From the NCBI GenBank assembly GCA_965213925.1, contig OZ243927.1, forward strand, positions 3,584,001 to 3,648,000: a stretch of DNA of 64,000 nt. Reading direction: 5' to 3'. Both the position numbers and the translations under genes were made by a program. The stretch is from Trueperaceae bacterium (GTDB lineage Bacteria > Deinococcota > Deinococci > Deinococcales > Trueperaceae). The notes below the pieces were generated by a model. That model had not been told where the DNA came from. It saw only the letters and a program-made list of their open reading frames with translations, and ran no database searches. Shown here piece by piece: positions 57,052 through 64,000 of this stretch (its first letter is position 1; every line of letters starts with the position of its first letter).

Positions 57052-60000
57052 CTACTTGATGCTCACCCTGTAGCAAACCTTGCCCGCCTCGCCCGCGCCG
57101 ACCTCGCCGATGGTGACGTACACAACGCCGCCATCCAGTTTACCCGCGTCGCTATCTGCGGCAGCGCTTAGGGGCGTCACCGCGCCGTCATGCGTCCACT
57201 CGATGTCTCCATCTTGCCCTGCGCCGCCGTAAACGCCCGTTGCAAATGAGGTGAAGAAGGGGATAGGGTCGCTAAAGAGGGTTTGCGTCAAGGGCTGCGT
57301 GCCCAGGTTCTGATACGCGATGCAGTACTCGAGCACCTCTCCCGGCTTGCCCGCGCCCAGCGTCGTAAAGGCTGTTCCTTGGTCGACGTTGCGAACGCGC
57401 TTGGTCAGCTCGAGCTGACCGCCCGCCGTGACCGTCGTGACGTCCGTGACCGTCTGTACGTCCGTGACATCGTCGGGATTATTGTTATAGACAAGGCTGG
57501 CGCTCAAGGTGGCTAGGTCGATGCGTCCGCTCGACTCGCCTTGGGGAACGAAGACGCGCAGCTCCAGAGCGCACGGAGCGAGGGAGCCGTCTTCCGCTCT
57601 AGGCCACGTGCTATCAACAGTGAAACCACCAGGGAGCACGTCCACCTGTTCGTTCGTTTGGATGATGCCGTCGCAGTTCGCGTCTCTAAAAACTTGGTAG
57701 GTGTACGTTCCCGAGACGTTTAACTCAACCTCGCCTAATGTGCCTGGCGCGTAGAGGTGCGTATAGCTGACCGTGCTGCCGGGGGCGACTTGTCCGCTCC
57801 CGTCGGGGCGCAAGCTGCTGGGTCTCGCGACGCCGAAGTTGTAGGTCGCACTGTCTGTGAGGGAGAAGGTAACGCTCGAGGCGTCCGCATCACCGTAGCT
57901 GTCCGCTTGCTTAATCACGCTCGAGCCGTCATTGTAGCCCGTCGCAGGCTGCTGCGAATGCGACACGGTGATGTCGTTACCGAACGTGTCGGGAATGATG
58001 AGGGTGTAGTTGCCTGCACCGTCCGTGACGGTCGTGACGGTGTTCGCGCTGTTCGCATCGTCCGTCGCCGTGATGGTCACGCTAGACACACCATGCTCGC
58101 CGACCTCTTGCAGCGCGTTGTTCGCTACGCCGCCGCTCAAACCGTCGTCATAAAAGAGCGTGCCTGAGACGATTTTACTAAACACATTGTTGTTCTGCGC
58201 GACGCTGGTGACGAGCGCGACGGTGCCTACTTCGCGGGCGTCGCTGTCTCTCGTCGGCACGTAGCTTCCGCAACGTCCGTCCGCGTCGCCGCTCGTAGTC
58301 GGCTCCCAGCAGGCACTCGTATTTGAATCCACCCCGTTAGGCGTCAAGCTGATGGATTGACCTTTGTTCGTGTTACGCAGCGAAACGTAACTACTCGGCT
58401 CGGCATCCCACAGTTTCAAAGATGCAGGCGGAGGCGTATTGATGGGCTGCTTGTCGGTGGTATTCGAGCCGTACGCGACGTAGTCTACGATGCGTCCCTC
58501 AGCGTCGTAGAGCCACATGTCGTCGCCTTCATTGCTGAGCCTCGCGCTCCTGCCCAACCACGCCTGAAACGCCGCGGGGCTCACGTCGCGGCTCACGGTA
58601 CGCTCGCCCACCCAAATGACCGCGTATTCACCCGGCGCTAACTGCACGGCGGGGAAGGTGTAGGGAATCGCCGCGTTATCAGCGTTACCGTTGATATTGC
58701 CGTTACGCCCGTCCGCGTCGTTTTCTATAAGGTTGGCGTCAACGAGTCTCCAACCGGAGAGGTCAACCGGGTCACTACTCGAGTTGTAAAGCTCAATAAA
58801 TTCGTCGTTGTTCGCGGCGCTCGTGGTGCCGCTCTGGTCGAAGAGGAGTTCGTTGATGACGATACCGCCAGCCGCCGGGGAGACGCTATAGACGTTGAAA
58901 CTCGTTGACGCTTCGTTATTGTCCAGGTCAGGGTCGGAAGCGTCTTCACCCCGACTTACCTCCGCCGTATTCGTGACCGCGCCCGTCGTGGCTTCCTCAA
59001 CGGTTGCGGTAATGGTAAACGTCGCGGTCGCGCCGCGCTTCAAGTTGACAGTTGTATCGATATCGCCTACGCCCGAGCTTGCGCCGCAGCTGCTTGCGGC
59101 TAGAGGCTCACCAGCCTGCGCGCCTTCGGTGGTGATTTCACACGTCCAGGAAATGTCGGTTAAGCTCGGCGGAAAGGTGTCTGTCACAGCTGCGTTTACC
59201 GCGTCGACCAAGCTATCTTCGGCGTTGGTCACGGTGAGGGTGTAGCTGACCGGGCCACCCACGACGATAGACGCCGGGCTGTGCGTTTTAGTGATGGAGA
59301 GGTCCGCCTCGCGGATTTCGATGCTGGCTTGTTTGGGCTCGGCGGTGGGGTAGTAGACCCAAGTGTCGATGCCTCTATGGTTGCCGAAGTCGCCCGTAAA
59401 GCTGTGCGCGGCGGGCGGCGTGACGACGCCGTCAAGCTCCCTCTGACCATCCGTAAAGATGCTGTCGTCGAAATAAATACGTCCGGGGTCGGCGATACCC
59501 GTGGTGCTGCTACCCGCAGGCGTGTTGAGGCGCGTGATGGTGACGCCTGTCGGCGCGTCTTCGACGTCCAAAAGGGGAAAGTGGACCTCACCCGCGAAAA
59601 GCCTGACCGTGGCGGTGAAGTCGCCGCTGCCCGCGGGTACGTCGTCGCCGTTGCCGTCCTTGCCGTCCCAAAAAGCTTCGGTGGTCGTGCCGGGGACGGC
59701 TGTGCCTGCTAGGACGCGCTTGGGTAAGCCGTCCCCGAACTCGAGCGTGATGTTGTAAGCGTTCGGCACGTCGTCGGCGCTCTCGCGCGGGTTCGTAAAG
59801 AAGAAGCTCCCGCCCAAGCCTGTCCCCGCTTGGTTCTCCGTTCCGTCCCTCCCGGTAAAGGTGAAATTTTGCGGGATCGGCGGCGCTTTAGGGTCCGGGC
59901 GGTAGAGCCACGTCGAGGCGGGCGTGCCCGGTCTCGCCGCTGTTGCGGGCATACTTGGGTCGGGCTCATTCAAGAAGATTTTGTGCGTGATTTCGTTGCT

Positions 60001-60937
60001 GGGGATGTCGTCGGGGTCGTCGGGCGCGTGGAAGTCCTGTCCGGCCTGGAGTTCATCGTTATCCGTCAACTGAATCGAGCGGTAGAGCGCCTTGCCTGTC
60101 TGCGTCCCGAAAGCCCTTGCGGTTGGTAAAGAAGACGAAGCCGAAGGGCTCGATGTCTTGCTCGAGTTCGTAGCGGTAGCCGTCAATCGTTTGTACGTAA
60201 ACGTCTAAGTTGACTCTCTGGTTACCCCCTCCGAGGTTGAGTGCGTAGTAGCGGGCGAAGACACGTCCGCTCTGCGCTACACCACCGTCAAACACAGTGA
60301 CGTCCCAGGCGGTGACCCAATTGTCGTCTGGAAGTTGGCTTTGAGTTTGATCTTGACTATCTTGCACGGTCCACTCGGCAGATACCGCGAGCGGCGGCGG
60401 GTTCGTATTGTTCGCCGTCGCGGGCTGAGTGAAGTCCACCTCGTAAATACCGTCACTCGGCACGGTGAAGGTGCAAGGACGATAGCCTGACGTATTTGCG
60501 CCGAGGGGATAGTTGGGTCCAGCAACCTCTTGGGCTCGGTTGAGGATTTTGCCCGTGTTGTCCGTGCCGGGGGTTGGGCAGTTAAAGGTATAGCCGCTCG
60601 GCCCACGCACGTTGATAGCTCCCGAACCGATGCCGTTGGCAGAGGAGCCTAGCGCTACCACTTCATCTTTGTTGGCGTAGACCCGGATGACCGTGACGCG
60701 CGGGATGCCCGCTGTAATATAGTCGCCGCTCGTGCCCGTGCGGTGCTCCAAGTAGGCACGGTTGCCGCCGTTGCGAATGAGGTCTTTACTCCCTTCGGCA
60801 TAGACGGTCTGGAAAATTAAAGACGCGAAGAGGACGAGGAGTCCAAAACACCGAAAGAAGATTTGTCGCGTAGCGAACTTGTGTATAGAATCATTCATAA
60901 GGGTGTTGCTTTCAGGTGTAGAAGTGGAGCGGCGCAT
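57052..60937 (-). CDS. Large secreted protein with DUF11, lamin-tail (LTD) and SdrD-B-like domains; one frameshift near 60100
   Basis: Signal peptide ending VYA|EGS; ADLSITKT..SYTLTVTN..VTD.FP..TNTA.V..DPD.DNN (DUF11); IVINELLFD..DEFIELYN...VDLSGW (LTD); C-terminal LTKRVRN..KPGEVLEYCI.Y.N..DPIP; the two track ORFs overlap at 60059-60186. Confidence 0.8.
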
Positions 60938-63900
60938 CACTGACCCCCACCGAGCAGTTCAAAGCGTAGATGCAACCCGCTCCGCGTATCTTCGTTAAGC
61001 CCATCAAAGCCTTCAAAGGTGTAACCGAGCGCCAGCCACAGGTCGTCGATCACCCGGAGCGAACCCTCGACGCTAAAAGCAGTCGCGCTACTGCTCGCTG
61101 CAGGCTGCCACTCGTGATAGACCGAGCCGCCCACGCCCGCGTCGTCCGTAAGGTAGTAGTGCCCGCCCAACGAGGCTAAGAAGGTGCTCCTCCGGTCGTT
61201 CCACAAGGGAACGCGGTAGGCAAAACCGGGGCGCAGTTGCCACCCTTTACTTGGGTGCAATGTCGGGGCGAGTTCACCCTCTAATTCGCTGCCTTCTTCG
61301 CCGCCTGTCTCCAAAGTGTGATAGGTCGAGAGGGTGAGGTAGCGGCTCCTGAGTGCGTAAGCGGCTGTAAATTCACCTTCCGCTTCGGAGGTGAGCTGAT
61401 AGGTCGCGTCGAAGGAGAGGACTTGCTGGTGGTCTAGTTGTCCGGACGCGCCGCCCCTAAAGGTGATCTTGAAGGGGTCGTCCTGCGCGCTGTCGTAACT
61501 CACCTCAGAGGACGCAGTGGCGACGAAGTCGCCCTTGCTGTAACGCGCGCCTGCGCCCGCGCTCGCTAAGGTGTTGCCGCCATTGAAGTCTTGGTCTACG
61601 TTCGCAGAGAGATCTAAGCTCCAGGCGTCGCTGAGCGGTAAGGGCGTCTCAATGCCGAAGCGGGCGCGGTTGCCGCGTCCGTCTGCGCCGGGGAGCTGAT
61701 AGGAAACCGAGAGGTTGCCGCGTCCTAAATCTTGGACTAGGGCGACGGTGCCGATGAGTTCGCCGCCCCAGGTGTAATTGATCCCTAAATCCGCCGCTAA
61801 GTTCTCGTCAATTTGATAGCTCACGCGGAAGTCGCTGATGGGGTCGGCGTCACCGAAGGGTTGCGTGTGGGCGAGTTGGAAGTTGGCGCGACCCGCCCGG
61901 TAGCCCACGCGGGCGACGGCGCTAAAGGTCTGCGCTTCCCACAAGTAGCCCGTCCCTAAGCCGAAGGTCAAGGCGTCAACGTCGAGTTCGTACAAGGCGT
62001 TCGTCTGGTTGCGGTCGCCACGAGCGCTGTGTTCGACCACGGCGCGTTGCCCTTCGCTGAAGCTGTAAGCGACTCTCGCTTGACCTTGGAGCGCGTCCGT
62101 ATAGTTGATGTTCGCGCTGGCGTCTAGCACACCTTGCGTCAGCGTACCTGAGACACCGAGTTGAGCGCGCAGGTCCTCGTCGTAGCGGTAGGTGACGCTA
62201 AAGCTCGAGCCCGCCCCCGCATAGTCCGCGTACGCGCCAAAGTGAACGCCCTCGAGTGAAACGAGCCCCGCGCCAAACGCCCAGTCACCGGTCTGGTAGC
62301 TCACGCCAGCGCCAGCGGCGAGCGTCTCGCGGGGGCTGTCGGTGGGCGCGTAGGTGACTTCGATGTGGGTTTCGACGCCGTTCACATCTGTCGGGAAGAG
62401 CGGCTTGGAGAGCGTGAGCGCGCCCGTCACGTCGTTCAAGGTGTAGTCCTCTAGGCGCTCCAGCACGCGCTCCTGTGCGCCCGTGCGCACCGTCACAGTC
62501 TCGCTGTTGGACCTGATCGGCGCAGTGCTCAAGGTGTAGCGCCGCGTGCCGTCAGGGATGATGGCTTCGGTGAGTTGGCCCTTCGGCAGGAGGCTAGCGA
62601 AGGCTCTGCCGACGAGGTCGCCGCCCGCGAAGTCGGTGCGCACCTCGCCCTGCAACGCAGTGCCGCTCGCCACGCCGTCTAACCCGGGCACGCCTAAGCC
62701 GTCGGCGTAGTAGCCCACGCTGAAGGTATCGTCATCGTAACGCGCCGCGACGAGGTCGTCCGAGCGCAAGGCGGGCTGCGCGTCGTTGCCGCTGCCTGTC
62801 AAGGGGAAGCGGCCGGAGGGGTCGTCTTGCTCAGCGATGTCGCCGCCCGTGTCGAGTGCGCCCTGAAGCGTGCCGCTCCCTAAAGGCATCTCGGCGTAGC
62901 CGCGCGCGACGCCGTTATAGCTCAGCTCACCCCTCGTCAGGTGCACGCTCACGCTGCCCTGGTAGAGGTAGAGCGGTTCGTCCGCGCCGCCCAAGTAGAA
63001 GGTCTCCTGCGTCTCTAGGTCGTTGAAGCGCGCGGTCAAGCTCGCCTCTTGCGCGGTGAGAACGGGCTCTAAACGGACGGTCGCCACGCCGTCCTCTAAA
63101 AGAACTTGATAGCCGGATTCGCCCGGAAAGGCGTCCGCCTCGAGCGGCTCTAAGTCCGTTTGCAGCGTCACCGCGCCGAAGCCGTTGGTCACGCCGAACT
63201 CGTCTGAGGCGCGGATTTTGAACGCAACCGGGGTGACGCCGTCCGCCTCGAGCACACTCGGCACGATCTCTAAAGCCTCCGGGTTGCCCGCGCGGAAGAC
63301 CTCGACCTGATCGCGCGCGCCGCCTAGCGCGACCTCGACCACGTTGCGACCGACCTCTAAAGGCACGCCGAAGTACTCGAGCCTCAAGGTCCCGTTTTGC
63401 TCGTCGACTACGCGCTTGCCCAGGGCGTCGTTCGCCACAGGAGCGCCGTTCAGTAAAACCTCGACTTCCGTGCTGAGCGGACCTTGAATGATGACGGTCG
63501 CCGCGTCCGTTGTGCGGTAGACCGTGCCGGGAAGAGGCTCGCGGATGAGCCCGTCGCGCTCAGTAGGGGCGGCGGTGTCTCGAGCGTCCCCGACCTCTTC
63601 AAAAGGGACCTCGCCCTCTAAGAAGAGGTCGCGGTTGCCGAACTTGAGCGTCAGCGAGGGTTCGGCTAGAGCGTCTAGGCTCTCTTGGTGGGTGAGGGTA
63701 TAGCGGAGCGCGCCCGCTCGCATGTAGGGAAGCTCCCAGTAGAGGTAGGTGAGCGTTTCGCCGCCCTCGTCGACTGTGCGCGTCAGGGGGTCGGGGGTCG
63801 GGTTGCCGCCTAGTCTTGAGGAGCCCGCCTCGTACGCCGCACCTGCCGGAACACGGTGGCGCACGAGCAACCTGCCGCCGTTCGCGTCCTCGACCTCTTG

Positions 63901-64000
63901 GAGGGTTCTGCCTTCGACTTGAACGCTGAAAGGAAGCGTCACCAAAGAGGTGCGCTCGGGCGTGAGAACGGGCTTGACGTCCAAGCGCGCGCCAGCGGGG
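60937..64000 (-). CDS. Large protein with a probable C-terminal outer-membrane beta-barrel (5' end outside the window)
   Basis: Open frame to the window edge; Ig-like N-terminal part; long run of amphipathic Gly/aromatic beta-strands (e.g. LWLALGYTFEGF..GLHLRFE). Confidence 0.72.
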   Translation of the reverse strand, partial: PAGARLDVKPVLTPERTSLVTLPFSVQVEGRTLQEVEDANGGRLLVRHRVPAGAAYEAGSSRLGGNPTPDPLTRTVDEGGETLTYLYWELPYMRAGALRYTLTHQESLDALAEPSLTLKFGNRDLFLEGEVPFEEVGDARDTAAPTERDGLIREPLPGTVYRTTDAATVIIQGPLSTEVEVLLNGAPVANDALGKRVVDEQNGTLRLEYFGVPLEVGRNVVEVALGGARDQVEVFRAGNPEALEIVPSVLEADGVTPVAFKIRASDEFGVTNGFGAVTLQTDLEPLEADAFPGESGYQVLLEDGVATVRLEPVLTAQEASLTARFNDLETQETFYLGGADEPLYLYQGSVSVHLTRGELSYNGVARGYAEMPLGSGTLQGALDTGGDIAEQDDPSGRFPLTGSGNDAQPALRSDDLVAARYDDDTFSVGYYADGLGVPGLDGVASGTALQGEVRTDFAGGDLVGRAFASLLPKGQLTEAIIPDGTRRYTLSTAPIRSNSETVTVRTGAQERVLERLEDYTLNDVTGALTLSKPLFPTDVNGVETHIEVTYAPTDSPRETLAAGAGVSYQTGDWAFGAGLVSLEGVHFGAYADYAGAGSSFSVTYRYDEDLRAQLGVSGTLTQGVLDASANINYTDALQGQARVAYSFSEGQRAVVEHSARGDRNQTNALYELDVDALTFGLGTGYLWEAQTFSAVARVGYRAGRANFQLAHTQPFGDADPISDFRVSYQIDENLAADLGINYTWGGELIGTVALVQDLGRGNLSVSYQLPGADGRGNRARFGIETPLPLSDAWSLDLSANVDQDFNGGNTLASAGAGARYSKGDFVATASSEVSYDSAQDDPFKITFRGGASGQLDHQQVLSFDATYQLTSEAEGEFTAAYALRSRYLTLSTYHTLETGGEEGSELEGELAPTLHPSKGWQLRPGFAYRVPLWNDRRSTFLASLGGHYYLTDDAGVGGSVYHEWQPAASSSATAFSVEGSLRVIDDLWLALGYTFEGFDGLNEDTRSGLHLRFELLGGGQ

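Overview
This is 64 kb of GC-rich bacterial chromosome. The gene content (Thermus-type branched-chain 2-oxoacid dehydrogenase, BrxC, a DUF11 surface-protein locus) and many TANNNT-N5-7-start leaderless genes suggest Deinococcota, probably Truepera-like; this is inference. The core content is xdhAB-dinB-xdhC, manA, a GlcD/Dld-type oxidase, trpBA, a sugar ABC transporter with a PfkB kinase, mmsA, citrate synthase, E1a/E1b/E2, uvrC, birA, zapE and several two-component genes. Accessory or unannotated elements read from the sequence: a stand-alone AT-rich OLD-family ATPase-TOPRIM nuclease; a leaderless two-Trp leader peptide with an attenuator upstream of trpB; a divergent SAH-hydrolase homologue with altered active-site motifs; two translationally coupled YPW-TM-acidic microproteins missed by the ORF track; and an AT-rich three-gene island with a toxin-like lipoprotein, a 4-TM protein and a second lipoprotein. 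Also present are a YefM-YoeB-type TA pair, one disrupted and one remnant IS982 element, a three-copy ~200 bp TA-flanked MITE-like repeat (two copies bracket an orphan NarL regulator), GTAG-type REPs, and a DUF11/LTD secreted protein next to a large barrel-like protein. Some single-base frameshifts look like assembly errors. No rRNA, tRNA or CRISPR array was seen. All calls are by eye from motifs; no searches were run.
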